Shown: positions 16,790-26,478 of the stretch, piece by piece
Layout: each line of letters begins with the position of its first letter
How positions within the stretch are numbered: position 1 is the first letter of the stretch
DNA from: an uncultured Halobacteriales archaeon
GTDB taxonomy: Archaea; Halobacteriota; Halobacteria; Halobacteriales; SKSH01
Direction of reading: 5' to 3'
DNA length: 64,000 nt
Assembly (NCBI GenBank): GCA_964502835.1
Contig: CAZCYF010000004.1
Coordinates: forward strand, 27,548 to 91,547
Made by a program: the position numbers and the translations under genes
Notes under the pieces: model-generated
Database searches by the model: none
The model's input: only the letters and a program-made list of their open reading frames with translations
Told to the model about the DNA's origin: nothing

Positions 16790-16920
16790 ACTTAGATATT
16801 AGGCGTTTGGATTACTTAAATATTTCCCCGATATCCCGTCCAAACGAGTGGGATATTTCTTATACGTACCATGTGTAACATCGGGATATTATTCTTATAA
16901 TGTATACATTAGATTCACGC
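16790..16920. promoter_or_regulatory. AT-rich divergent promoter region with several inverted repeats
   Basis: ATATCCC(16831-37)/GGGATAT(16850-56), a third GGGATAT at 16883-89, ATGT-GTA-ACAT (16871-81) and the perfect palindrome TAATGTATACATTA (16898-16911). Confidence 0.65.
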
Positions 16921-17008
16921 CGGCAGATCCCCTCCACCATCGCGCGTGGCCGATGCCCGTCGATCGGAACCCGTAGGTATCTACTTCACCGCGTCGAAGA
17001 CGGCCACG

Positions 17009-18199
17009 GTGAACGCGGACGACCGGAGCCTCGTCTCGCTCGTGGGCATCGCCCACGCGCTGGTCCATACCTACGAGCTGTCCTTTCCGATCCTGATCGG
17101 CGCCTGGCTCGTCGAGTTCGACACCACCCGCGCGGTCTTAGGGGTGGTCTTGACGATCGGATACGGATTGTTCGGGATCGGCGCGTTGCCGACGGGTGTC
17201 GTCGTCGACGGTGTCGGCTCACGACGCGTACTCGAGGTGTGTCTCGCTGGGATGGGCCTGTCCTTTGTTGCCCTTGCGTTCGTTGGGGGACCGTGGACCA
17301 TCGCCATCGTCCTGCTCGTGTGGGGGCTGGCCGCCTCGATGTACCATCCAGCGGGATTGACGCTCATCAGCACGGCGGCGAAGGATCGTGGCGCGGTGCT
17401 GGCCTATCATGGGATGGCGGGTAATCTTGGAATCGCCGTCGGTCCCTTGGTGACCGCCCTCCTGTTGGTGGTGCTGGACTGGCGGCTCGTGGTGGTCCTG
17501 CTCGCGATTCCCGCGCTCGCCGGGGCTGGCTACGCCCGGTGGACCCGGCTGCGATCCGTCGGACCCCGACCGGACGACGGCACCCAAGCAATCGGAGCAT
17601 CCGTGCTCGTCGAGAGCCGATCGCTGTTGGCCAGCACGTTCCTCGGGGTGCTCGTCGTGGTGGTCTTCTCGGGATTGTATTACCGGGGTGTGTTGACCTT
17701 CCTCCCGGACGTGTTCGATACGTTCGAGGGGTTCGGTCCGCTGTCGATCGGAGGCTACACCCTCGAACCGGGGGATTACGTTTTCGTCGCGATCTTGATG
17801 GTCGGGGTGGTGGGACAGTACGCCGGGGGCCGATTGAGCAACCGTGCGGACGCCGAACGTATCCTGATGGTGTGTTTCCTCGCCCTCGCGGTGATCGCGG
17901 TGGCGTTCGTTCCGGTGGCATCCGGCCCGGTGGGGCTCGTCCTCCTCTGTGGACTGTGTCTCGGGGTCGTCTTGTTCATGGTTCAGCCGCTGTATCAGGC
18001 GGCGGTGGCCGACAACACCCCCCAGGGTGCCCGAGGGCTCTCGTACGGGTTCACGTACCTCGGTGTGTTCGGCATCGGGGCGATCGGCAGCACGCTCGCG
18101 GGAGGCGTCCTGACGTACGCCTCGGTCGACGCGTTGTTCGGTGTCCTCGCCGGGATTGCCCTTCTCGCGGCGGCCGCCGCGAGCCGCATCGACCGATAA
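17009..18199 (+). CDS. MFS transporter
   Basis: About 12 TM helices, GVVVDGVGSRR (motif A-like), GGRLSNR in the second half. The GTG start at 17009 is tentative. Confidence 0.88.
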   Translation: MNADDRSLVSLVGIAHALVHTYELSFPILIGAWLVEFDTTRAVLGVVLTIGYGLFGIGALPTGVVVDGVGSRRVLEVCLAGMGLSFVALAFVGGPWTIAIVLLVWGLAASMYHPAGLTLISTAAKDRGAVLAYHGMAGNLGIAVGPLVTALLLVVLDWRLVVVLLAIPALAGAGYARWTRLRSVGPRPDDGTQAIGASVLVESRSLLASTFLGVLVVVVFSGLYYRGVLTFLPDVFDTFEGFGPLSIGGYTLEPGDYVFVAILMVGVVGQYAGGRLSNRADAERILMVCFLALAVIAVAFVPVASGPVGLVLLCGLCLGVVLFMVQPLYQAAVADNTPQGARGLSYGFTYLGVFGIGAIGSTLAGGVLTYASVDALFGVLAGIALLAAAAASRIDR

Positions 18200-18261
18200 C
18201 CCACGGCAACCAACCATCGACCGAAAACGGTTTGCCCATCTGCCCGAGCCACGCACAGATA

Positions 18262-19524
18262 GTGGCGACGAGTGATCCGTTGGTCGGCTGGTTAGACGCC
18301 CGCGGAGCAACCCGAGCCGTCCTCGTGCTGGGAATCCTGAGCGGGCTGGCGGTGCCGGTGTACTTCTTCGTCCTGGCTACCGAAACGCCCCTGGCGTGGG
18401 ATTTCATCGCGTACTTCGCCGCAGCCGAGGCGTTCGTTGCGGGGGACCCGTTCATCGGATTGACACCACCTTTCGGTGACGGTCAATACGTGTACCCCCC
18501 CGTGGCCGTCCTCGGCTTCGTCCCGCTGCTCGTCCTCGGCGACTGGTTTCTCGCCTACCTGGTCCACTCCGCCGTGAACCTGGTCGCATTGGGGGGATTG
18601 GCCGTCCTTTGCGTTCGCGAACTCGACCGCCTCGGGATCCGGTTGGATCGCATCGACCGGGTCCTGATTCCGGGCTTTTGCCTGGTCAGCCTGTACCCGA
18701 TGGTCACCCTCGGGCTCGGGCAGATCGACCCGATCGTCGCCGTGCTCGTGGCGGTGGTGTTTCTCCACGTCGAACGGCGACGTGATGACGTCGCCGGCAT
18801 CGCGCTTGGGGTCGCCGCCGTCGTGAAGATCTTCCCGGCGGCGTTCGGAATCTGGCTGGTACGAAGCCGTCGCTGGCGGGCAGCGGCGATCAGCGTCGGG
18901 AGTGGCGCCATCCTGGGGATCGCCAGCGTCGTCATCTTCGGCGTCGATGTGCATCGGGAGTATCTCCGGTTGCTCACCACCGAACGGAGCCGACTCACCG
19001 CCTTCGCCGAGGGGTTGAGCCCGGACTTCTTCGACGTGACGCTGGCGCGACCGCTGACGGCGATGCTGCCGGGGCTCCCGTCGATGATCTACGTGGTCCT
19101 CGCCGTGGCGATCGTGGGGCCCCCGCTTGCGGTAACCTACCGACGGCTCGATACCCGCATCGACCGCCATCTCGCCTACCTGGCAACGATCATCGCGGTC
19201 ATTATCGCATCTCCGGCGAGCAACCTGAACCACCTGCTGTACCTCTATTTCCCGCTGGTCGTGAGCATCTACGCGATCGACCAATCCCGCGCCAAAGGGT
19301 TGATCCTCGTCGGGGGCGTCCTGGTGCTCCTGCCCGTCCAGCCGGAACAGCTCGTCGACGTGCTCAATGCGGCAGGATTCGGGGTCGAGGCCGTCGGCCC
19401 ACTTGAGGCGGTTGTCCGACGGGTGTTCACCCACGTTGGGCTCCCGTTGATCGGTTCGCTGTTGGTCCTCGGTGGCTGTGCGTGGGCGTCGATCAACGAT
19501 CGACGGATCTCAGCCGTCCGCTAG
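18262..19524 (+). CDS. GT87/DUF2029-like membrane glycosyltransferase (GT-C fold)
   Basis: [25 protein letters not shown] motifs in a polytopic membrane protein. The ORF-track 661-aa frame includes an off-frame overlap with the MFS gene. Confidence 0.75.
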   Translation: MATSDPLVGWLDARGATRAVLVLGILSGLAVPVYFFVLATETPLAWDFIAYFAAAEAFVAGDPFIGLTPPFGDGQYVYPPVAVLGFVPLLVLGDWFLAYLVHSAVNLVALGGLAVLCVRELDRLGIRLDRIDRVLIPGFCLVSLYPMVTLGLGQIDPIVAVLVAVVFLHVERRRDDVAGIALGVAAVVKIFPAAFGIWLVRSRRWRAAAISVGSGAILGIASVVIFGVDVHREYLRLLTTERSRLTAFAEGLSPDFFDVTLARPLTAMLPGLPSMIYVVLAVAIVGPPLAVTYRRLDTRIDRHLAYLATIIAVIIASPASNLNHLLYLYFPLVVSIYAIDQSRAKGLILVGGVLVLLPVQPEQLVDVLNAAGFGVEAVGPLEAVVRRVFTHVGLPLIGSLLVLGGCAWASINDRRISAVR

Positions 19525-20163
19525 GGGGCCAAGAAGCGACTCAAGCGCCTCCCCGGGGCGGTCAGCGGTGGCGACGGCGCTGGCGACGAGGACGCCGTCG
19601 GCACCGAGGTCGGCGGCCGTAGCGATGTCGTCGCTCGTCGAGATGCCTGCCCCACAGAGCACATCGACGGCCGGGTCGACCGTCCGCGCCGCATCGACCG
19701 CATCGAGGACGAGGTCGGGGTCGGCCGTGCTCACCGGCGTCCCGGTGCCGATGAGATCAGGGGGTTCGATCGCGACGGCGTCCGGGCCCAACGCGGTCAC
19801 GGCGGCGACTTGTGCGGGGGTATTGGCGCAGACGCAAGTCCGAAGTCCCGCAGCGTTCGCCGCCGAGATTCCGTCATCGATCTCCGCCACGGTCAGACGG
19901 CGTTCGGAGTGGTTGAGTAAGGTCCCCTCGGCCCCGGCGGCGGCCACTCGTGAGGCGTTGATCGACCCCGTATGCGATCCCGACGTGTGTGGACTGACGT
20001 GTTGGGCCCACGACGAGGCACCGGTGTCGGCGATTGCGTGCAGATCGGTCGGCTGACCGGCGACGCCGATCGAAATCCCGGTCGCGTCCGACACCCGTGC
20101 GGCCGCCGTCCCGATGGCCGTCGGATCGCATCGATAGGCCTTCAGATTGACGAGGACGAACAT
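19510..20163 (-). CDS. tpiA: Triosephosphate isomerase (archaeal type)
   Basis: [42 protein letters not shown]. Confidence 0.96.
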   Translation of the reverse strand: MFVLVNLKAYRCDPTAIGTAAARVSDATGISIGVAGQPTDLHAIADTGASSWAQHVSPHTSGSHTGSINASRVAAAGAEGTLLNHSERRLTVAEIDDGISAANAAGLRTCVCANTPAQVAAVTALGPDAVAIEPPDLIGTGTPVSTADPDLVLDAVDAARTVDPAVDVLCGAGISTSDDIATAADLGADGVLVASAVATADRPGEALESLLGPLADG

Positions 20164-20212
20164 ACGGGGTTTCGCCGGGGTCGGCTCAAAACCGTTGCGA
20201 CACGCGCGGCGC

Positions 20213-20752
20213 TCAATCCTTTCGCTCGGCGAGCTCGCCGAGGGTAAACGACTGGCCGCCCTCCTCGCTCGACCACTCGGAACTGTCCACGGACCCACCC
20301 GAGAGGTCGATGTCGAGATACCGCTCGAGTTTGGCCTGGATGGCGTCACTCGGGAGCGTCTCGCCGCGTTCCAAGCGGCGGATGACGCTCGCCTTTTCGT
20401 TGAGCTCGTCGGCGAGCTCGGCCTGGCTCATGTCGCGCTCTTCGCGTGCGAGGCGGATGCGATCGTCATAATCCTGGGCGAGGTCGCCGATGGAGTCGAA
20501 GACGTCGTCCGACGGTTCACCACTCGAGGAGGCGCCACCACCGCTGGGACTGGTGGTGGACGGACTCCTCGATCGAGACGGATTCGTGCTCGAGGTGTCC
20601 GTCGAATACTTGGTGCGTTGTTGGTCATCGTCCGGCTGGCGCACCTCGCTTCCGAGGCTCGCACAGCTGTCGCACACGTCCAGCTCGGCGCCCTCGATCT
20701 TGATCGACTTCGGATCGCTCGTCTCGGACCCGCACAGCTCGCACTGGACCAT
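20213..20752 (-). CDS. mbf1: Multiprotein bridging factor aMBF1
   Basis: N-terminal CELCG...CDSC zinc ribbon and C-terminal HTH ([23 protein letters not shown]). Confidence 0.93.
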   Translation of the reverse strand: MVQCELCGSETSDPKSIKIEGAELDVCDSCASLGSEVRQPDDDQQRTKYSTDTSSTNPSRSRSPSTTSPSGGGASSSGEPSDDVFDSIGDLAQDYDDRIRLAREERDMSQAELADELNEKASVIRRLERGETLPSDAIQAKLERYLDIDLSGGSVDSSEWSSEEGGQSFTLGELAERKD

Positions 20753-20801
20753 GTTATCTGGGTAGTGCCCAGGGTCGCATAAATGATGTGCAGGTCAGGG
20801 G

Positions 20802-21410
20802 CTACTCTACGTTTCGCCAGAGCACGACGAACCGCTGAACGGCCGTCAGATGCCCCACCACCCCGAGAAACACGAGGACCCACCCCACGGCGGTCAGGTT
20901 TGCGACCGTCGTCTCGGTGATCGCCATGATGCCCGCCCCGAGGGCGATCGCAACGAGCCGATCCGACCGACCGACCAACCCCGCATAGAGCCGCCCGTAG
21001 CCGACCGCCTGCGCCTGTGTACCGAGGTAGGACGTCAACAGGACGCCCGATACTGCCAGGAAGCCAAGGGCCAGCTGATCCGTGCCGAAGGCGAGTCCAC
21101 CAACGAGCACGACGTCCGCATAGCGATCCATGGTGTGATCGAGCACGTCACCGCTGGCGGATTGCGCCGCGAGCTCCCTGGCGAGTGCGCCATCGACGAG
21201 GTCGAGCCAGCCGCTGAGAGCCACGAGAACGGCCCCCATGAGATACGCGATGGACGTCGTCGATCCGAGGACGAAGGCACCCGCGGCCGTTACGGCGGTG
21301 AGAAAGCCGATCACGCTCACGCCGTCGGGGCCGAGGCCGAGGCGGCGAGCGATCGTCACCGCCGGCTCCACGACGGCTGTCGTGTAGGGCCGAAGCCGTT
21401 CGAGCGTCAT
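20802..21410 (-). CDS. CDP-alcohol phosphatidyltransferase family protein
   Basis: DLVDGALAR...GDVLDHTMDRYAD signature. Confidence 0.92.
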   Translation of the reverse strand: MTLERLRPYTTAVVEPAVTIARRLGLGPDGVSVIGFLTAVTAAGAFVLGSTTSIAYLMGAVLVALSGWLDLVDGALARELAAQSASGDVLDHTMDRYADVVLVGGLAFGTDQLALGFLAVSGVLLTSYLGTQAQAVGYGRLYAGLVGRSDRLVAIALGAGIMAITETTVANLTAVGWVLVFLGVVGHLTAVQRFVVLWRNVE

Positions 21411-21916
21411 AGAGTGTCGGTGAAGTCGACGACGCCGACCGCGGGTTCGCGCTCGCCGCGAATCAGCGCCGTAACCGACTCGGCCACGGCCTCTACCGGT
21501 CGGTCCGTCGTGTCCAGTTCTGCCACGGCGTCGCGGCCATGGCGATCGACCGCCTCCGAGAGGATGAGATCCAGGGCCTCGCTCTCGGCGTTTTCCCGGA
21601 TGCTACGCTCGGGAATGGACCGGCGCCGGAGGCGTGTCGCGAGCACCTCGGGGTGACACCGGAGGACGATCACGCAATCCACGTCGAGATGGTGGGCAAG
21701 GTGAGACTCGAACAGGACATCGTCGTAATCGGCTACTGCAGTGGACAGGGCGTCAAGATCCACGATCGTGGAATCACGCACGGGGTCGTGGTCGACCGCG
21801 GCATCAACCTCCTCGATGAGATCGCCGAGGTGGACGATTTCGTGGGGGATCGTCAGCGTGTCGGCAACCGTCGTCTTGCCGGTACCGGGCGTCCCGGTCA
21901 GCGCGATGCGCGTCAC
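21407..21916 (-). CDS. Adenylate kinase family protein (AK6/Fap7-like)
   Basis: ALTGTPGTGKTT, ESHLAHH, LRCHPEVLATRL, ENAESEALD. Confidence 0.9.
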   Translation of the reverse strand: MTRIALTGTPGTGKTTVADTLTIPHEIVHLGDLIEEVDAAVDHDPVRDSTIVDLDALSTAVADYDDVLFESHLAHHLDVDCVIVLRCHPEVLATRLRRRSIPERSIRENAESEALDLILSEAVDRHGRDAVAELDTTDRPVEAVAESVTALIRGEREPAVGVVDFTDTL

Positions 21917-22953
21917 GAAATCACCTGATTGAGGTGGTTGGCCACGAGCCGATTCTGCTCGCTCGTCCCGACGGTCACACGCACGCAGTCATCCAACCCG
22001 AATCCCGTGCAGTCGCGAACGCGAATGCCCGCCTCGCCGAGGGTCTCGGCCACCGCCGAGGCATCGTTCGCCTCGACGAGCACGAAGTTGGCCGCGCTCG
22101 GAAAGGTCCGCGCATCGATGGCATCGCGGAGCGCAGTACGACCCCGACGAGCCAAGGCGACCGTGCGCTCCAGATGCTCGTCATCGTCGAGGGCGGCCCG
22201 GCCGGCGACGCATGCTGGTCGACTCACCCCGAACGGCAGCTGAACGGTCGCGTACGTGTCGGCGACGTCGGTGGGGACCACCGCATACCCGAGGCGTAGC
22301 CCGGCGAGCCCGTACGCTTTCGAGAAGGTCCGGACCATCGCGACATCCTCGCGAGCGCGAACCAGGTTGATGGCGGACGGTCGGTTCGTGAACGGGCCGT
22401 AGGCCTCGTCGACCACGACCAGCGTCTCCGGACCGGTTTCCTCGGCGACCCGTTCGATGTCCTCGAGGGATGCCTCCGCGCCCGTCGGGTTGTGCGGGGA
22501 GATCACGTAGACGATCCGATGGCCATCGTACCGGTCAAGCACGACCTCCGGATTGAAGCGGAAATCTGACTCGCGGGGGAGGGGATACCGGTCCGCTCGT
22601 CCCCGGTGGAGCCGGGCGGTCCGACCGAGCACGAAAAACCCCGGATCGGGCTCGAGCACGGCATCCCCCGGTTCGACGAAGGCCCGAGTCAGGTAGTCGA
22701 TGACGCCGACGGCGCCGGGGCCGAGCCAGATCTGCGCCGGGTCCACCGACCACTTCGTTGCAAGAGCCGCGTCCAATGCGGCATGCGGTGCCCGTGGATA
22801 CCGGTTCATCGTATCGAGCCCACCGCGCAACGCCTCCATGGCCCGCGGACTCGGACCAAGCGGGTTCTCGTTCGACCCGAGATTGAGCCGCATCTCGGCC
22901 GCCGCGGTCGACGGTCGAAAGCCGCTAACCCCGGCTGGCGCTCGCGTATCCAT
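21913..22953 (-). CDS. hisC: Histidinol-phosphate aminotransferase
   Basis: LGSNENPLG, SPHNPTG, VVDEAY, RTFSKAYGLAGLRLGY. It heads an operon with the adk-like and CDP-alcohol transferase genes. Confidence 0.85.
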   Translation of the reverse strand: MDTRAPAGVSGFRPSTAAAEMRLNLGSNENPLGPSPRAMEALRGGLDTMNRYPRAPHAALDAALATKWSVDPAQIWLGPGAVGVIDYLTRAFVEPGDAVLEPDPGFFVLGRTARLHRGRADRYPLPRESDFRFNPEVVLDRYDGHRIVYVISPHNPTGAEASLEDIERVAEETGPETLVVVDEAYGPFTNRPSAINLVRAREDVAMVRTFSKAYGLAGLRLGYAVVPTDVADTYATVQLPFGVSRPACVAGRAALDDDEHLERTVALARRGRTALRDAIDARTFPSAANFVLVEANDASAVAETLGEAGIRVRDCTGFGLDDCVRVTVGTSEQNRLVANHLNQVIS

Positions 22954-23002
22954 GAAAATACGGTCATCGAGGCCGACCTTAAACGCACGCCATCGTGACG
23001 GT

Positions 23003-23857
23003 TCACTCGAACAGCGAACCTTCGTCGGTCACCACGGAGGCCAGTAGCGACACCGGGGTGGCATCATATGCTGGATTGTCGATTACGACGTCCTCCAGCG
23101 GCTCGAGCGAAATCTCGCTCGGGCTTCGCTCCTCGCCCTCGAAGACGAAGGTGTCGTCGACCACTTTGGTCCGAGCACCGAGGGCGTGCATTGGGACCTC
23201 CGCGTGGGCGGCCACCGTCGCGAGGGGATACGTCCCCACCCGGTTGTAGAGGGTGTCGTCGACCACGCAGGTCATACCGACGAGGACCCGATCACACCGC
23301 CGGACGGCGTGACCGGAGGCGCCGTCGACCAGTAAATGGGGTTCGACGCCATCCATCGCCGCGAGCGACCGCGCCATCTTCCGCCCGAGGAGGCGTGGGC
23401 GTGACTCGAGCGTATAGACCGTGATGGCGGGTCCCGTCGCATCCGCCGCCAGCGCAACCGCCTCGAGGACGGTTGTGGAGAAATCGAGGGTGAGGTACGT
23501 ACCGCCCGGCTCGAGAAGCGACCCAGCGCGGGCGGCGGCGTCTTCCTTCGCGGTCCTGACGCGGGTAATCTCCGCCTCGATCGCGCGTCGTGTCGCTTCG
23601 CGGGCCGAATCGAGCCCGTCCGGATCGGCACGCTCGACCTCCTCGACGATGGCATGCATTGTCGTGTACAACGTCGCGTGGGAGGGATTCGCGTGTCGAA
23701 GCGCCCGGGCGTTGCGCGAGAGGCTCCGGAGATACTCCTCGACGGTCGCATGGTCCTCGTCGGCGACCGTGGCCAGTGCCCGGGCGGCCGTGATCGCCAC
23801 TTCCGAGGAGCTGTGGGTCTGCATGTCCTCAATCTCCTCGACGGTCTCGTCGATCAT
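23003..23857 (-). CDS. eIF-2B alpha/beta/delta-like (sugar-phosphate isomerase fold) protein
   Basis: ANPSHA, LDFSTTV, LESRP, NRVGTYPLA, NPAYDATP. Confidence 0.85.
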   Translation of the reverse strand: MIDETVEEIEDMQTHSSSEVAITAARALATVADEDHATVEEYLRSLSRNARALRHANPSHATLYTTMHAIVEEVERADPDGLDSAREATRRAIEAEITRVRTAKEDAAARAGSLLEPGGTYLTLDFSTTVLEAVALAADATGPAITVYTLESRPRLLGRKMARSLAAMDGVEPHLLVDGASGHAVRRCDRVLVGMTCVVDDTLYNRVGTYPLATVAAHAEVPMHALGARTKVVDDTFVFEGEERSPSEISLEPLEDVVIDNPAYDATPVSLLASVVTDEGSLFE

Positions 23858-23911
23858 GCCCGGACATTTCCCGGGACGCTCAATAAAGCCTATCGGGCCG
23901 GACGGCGCGCA

Positions 23912-25372
23912 CTACCCCTTGATATTGCAGATCGGATACGTCCGAACCACGGACGTGCCGATTCCCAGTTCGTTGGACACGCGCACCACCTCGTCGACGT
24001 CCTTGTACACCCCCGGTGCCTCCTCGGCGATGGTCGCCCCGCTTTCGGCCCGCACGTAGATCTGGTGGCGATCGCGGAGCTCGTCCTGCACGTCGCCCCC
24101 CCAATAGTCTCGCTTCGCCTGGGTTCGGCTCATAAGCCGTCCGGCGCCGTGGGCGGTCGACCCAAACGACACCTCCATCGACTGCTCGCCGCCACGGAGG
24201 ATGTACGACCCGGCGCCCATGCTCCCGGGGATGATCACTGGTTGGCCGACGTCGCGGTACTCCGCCGGAACGTCGGGATTGCCGGGCGGGAACGCTCGCG
24301 TCGCCCCCTTGCGGTGGACGTACAGCTCGCGCGATGCACCGTCGACCTCGTGGACCTCCCGTTTGCCGATGTTGTGGGCGACGTCGTAGAGATGGTCCAT
24401 TCCGAGGGCCGCCCAGTCGGCGTCGAACACCTCCTCGAAGACCTCTCGGACCGCGTGCATGATGACGTGGCGATTGGTCCACGCGTAATTGATTGCGGCG
24501 CACATGGCGCCGTAGTAATCCTCGGCCAGTTGCGACCCCGCCGGTGCCGCCGCCAGCTCACGGTCGGGCAGGCGCTGTAACAATCCCTGGTGGCGCTGTT
24601 CGATCTTGCGGAGGTAATCCGTACAGACCTGGTGGCCGAGGCCGCGGCTGCCACAATGGATGAGTACGCCGACCTGGCCGGGTTGGAGACCGTACGCCTT
24701 CGCCACCGCCTCGTCGAACACGTCGGTGACTCGTTGGACCTCCAGAAAGTGATTGCCGCTGCCGAGGCTACCGACTTGCTTCATGCCGCGCTGTTTGGCC
24801 TTCGTGGAGACCTTTGTCGCGTCCGCCTCGGGACGACGGCCCTCGTCCTCCGTCGTCAGGAGGTCGTGTTCGACTCCATAGCCGTGCTCGACCGCCCACT
24901 CGGGGCCGCGTTCAAGGATCTCGTCGAGTGTCGATTCGTCGGTCTCGATGATGCCACCGGCTCCAAGCCCACAGGGGACGGCGTCGAACAGCGCGTCAAC
25001 GAGGTCTTCCTCATGGCCCCGGACGTCGCGATAATCGAGATTCGTTTTGACGAATCTTACGCCACAATTAATGTCGTAGCCGATCGCTCCTGGCGAGATG
25101 CACCCGTTTTCGGCGTCGATGCCGGCAACCCCGCCGACCGGGAATCCATAGCCCTGGTGGCCGTCGGGCATACAGATCGCGTGTTTCTGGATGCCGGGCA
25201 GGTGCGTCGTGTTGCGCAGTTGCTCGAGGGTCTTGTCCTCCGAAATCTCCTCGAGCAACGCCTCGCTCGCATAGACCCGGGCAGGGACGCGCATCGAACC
25301 CTCCTGGGGCAACTCCCACACGTGCTCGCGGACCTTCCTGAGGGTGAACTCTCCCGCCTGGAACGTCGTCAT
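23912..25372 (-). CDS. rtcB: RtcB family RNA ligase (tRNA-splicing ligase)
   Basis: MPDGHQGYGFPVGG, YDINCG, GSGNHF, HCGSRG, HRKGATRA, PGSMG, AHGAGR. The start was set at MTTFQAG. Confidence 0.97.
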   Translation of the reverse strand: MTTFQAGEFTLRKVREHVWELPQEGSMRVPARVYASEALLEEISEDKTLEQLRNTTHLPGIQKHAICMPDGHQGYGFPVGGVAGIDAENGCISPGAIGYDINCGVRFVKTNLDYRDVRGHEEDLVDALFDAVPCGLGAGGIIETDESTLDEILERGPEWAVEHGYGVEHDLLTTEDEGRRPEADATKVSTKAKQRGMKQVGSLGSGNHFLEVQRVTDVFDEAVAKAYGLQPGQVGVLIHCGSRGLGHQVCTDYLRKIEQRHQGLLQRLPDRELAAAPAGSQLAEDYYGAMCAAINYAWTNRHVIMHAVREVFEEVFDADWAALGMDHLYDVAHNIGKREVHEVDGASRELYVHRKGATRAFPPGNPDVPAEYRDVGQPVIIPGSMGAGSYILRGGEQSMEVSFGSTAHGAGRLMSRTQAKRDYWGGDVQDELRDRHQIYVRAESGATIAEEAPGVYKDVDEVVRVSNELGIGTSVVRTYPICNIKG

Positions 25373-25480
25373 AGGCCATTGATGGGTTCGCCTTGGGGTA
25401 TAGGTTGTGACCGCCCACTGGCCGACGGCCGCCCCTCGGGGACCGGGGGGCTTTTGCCGACGCCCGGTGGGGACTTCACC

Positions 25481-26473
25481 ATGAGCGACGAGGACGAGGA
25501 TGGACTGACCTACGCCGAGGCAGGCGTCGACATCGCTGCCTCGGAGGTGGCCACCGCCGCCCTGATCGACGCGGCGGGCGACGAGGCGACCGACGCCTAT
25601 GCCGGCCGGATCGACGTCGACGGCGTGCAACTCGGCCTCACGACCGATGGTGTCGGGACAAAGCTCCTCGTTGCGAAGGCGTTGAACCAGTACGACACCA
25701 TCGGCATCGACTGCATCGCGATGAACGTCAACGACCTCATCGCCGAGGGACTGCGGCCGGTCGGCTTCGTGGACTACCTCGCCCTCGAAGCGCCCGATGA
25801 GGCGCTCACCGAAGCGATCGGGCGGGGCTTGGCTGACGGCGCCGAAGCCGCCGGTGTCGCGCTCATGGGCGGCGAGACGGCCGTCATGCCGGAGGTGATC
25901 GACACCGTCGACCTGGCCGGCGCGGCGGTCGGCATCGCCGGACCCGACGCACCGACCCTCGGGGAAGCACGCACCGGTGATGCATTGGTAGGCGTGCCCT
26001 CAAGCGGCATCCACTCAAACGGCCTCACGCTCGCCCGGCGGGCCGTCGCACGCGACCACGACTATGACGACCCGTTCCCACCCGACCCGTCACGATCGAT
26101 CGGCGAGGAACTGCTCGAGCCGACCCGCATCTACGCGGACGTGGTGGACGCTTGCGCCCGCTTCGACGTCTCGGCGTGTGCCCACGTCACGGGTGGCGGA
26201 TTCACCAACCTGTACCGGATGGGCGCGTACCGGTACCGGATCGATGAGCCCCTGCCCGTCCCGCCGGTGTTTGCGTTCGTTCGAGACTGTGGCGACGTGG
26301 ATGACCTGGAGATGTACCGAACGTTCAACATGGGCATGGGCTTCGTCCTCGCGGTCGACGCCGAGGACGCCGACGCGTGTGCAACGGCGCTCGATGGCGC
26401 CGTCGTCGGCAGGGTCGAAGATGGCCGGACGGTGACCGTCGACGGCCTCGCGGTTCCCGCCCACGACACCTGA
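25481..26473 (+). CDS. purM: Phosphoribosylformylglycinamidine cyclo-ligase
   Basis: TYAEAGVDI, TDGVGTK, DCIAMNVND, GGETA, SSGIHSNG, HVTGGG, EMYRTFNMG. Confidence 0.96.
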   Translation: MSDEDEDGLTYAEAGVDIAASEVATAALIDAAGDEATDAYAGRIDVDGVQLGLTTDGVGTKLLVAKALNQYDTIGIDCIAMNVNDLIAEGLRPVGFVDYLALEAPDEALTEAIGRGLADGAEAAGVALMGGETAVMPEVIDTVDLAGAAVGIAGPDAPTLGEARTGDALVGVPSSGIHSNGLTLARRAVARDHDYDDPFPPDPSRSIGEELLEPTRIYADVVDACARFDVSACAHVTGGGFTNLYRMGAYRYRIDEPLPVPPVFAFVRDCGDVDDLEMYRTFNMGMGFVLAVDAEDADACATALDGAVVGRVEDGRTVTVDGLAVPAHDT

Positions 26474-26478
26474 ACGCG

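Noticed and set aside
17539-18261. N-terminal extension of the 661-aa ORF ending in the GT87 protein
   Set aside because: It is an Arg/Pro-rich off-frame reading of the MFS gene, not a real fusion.
24590-25480. N-terminal 297 aa of the 627-aa ORF that ends in PurM
   Set aside because: It is antisense to rtcB. The real purM starts at ATG 25481 (MSDEDEDGLTYAEAGVD).
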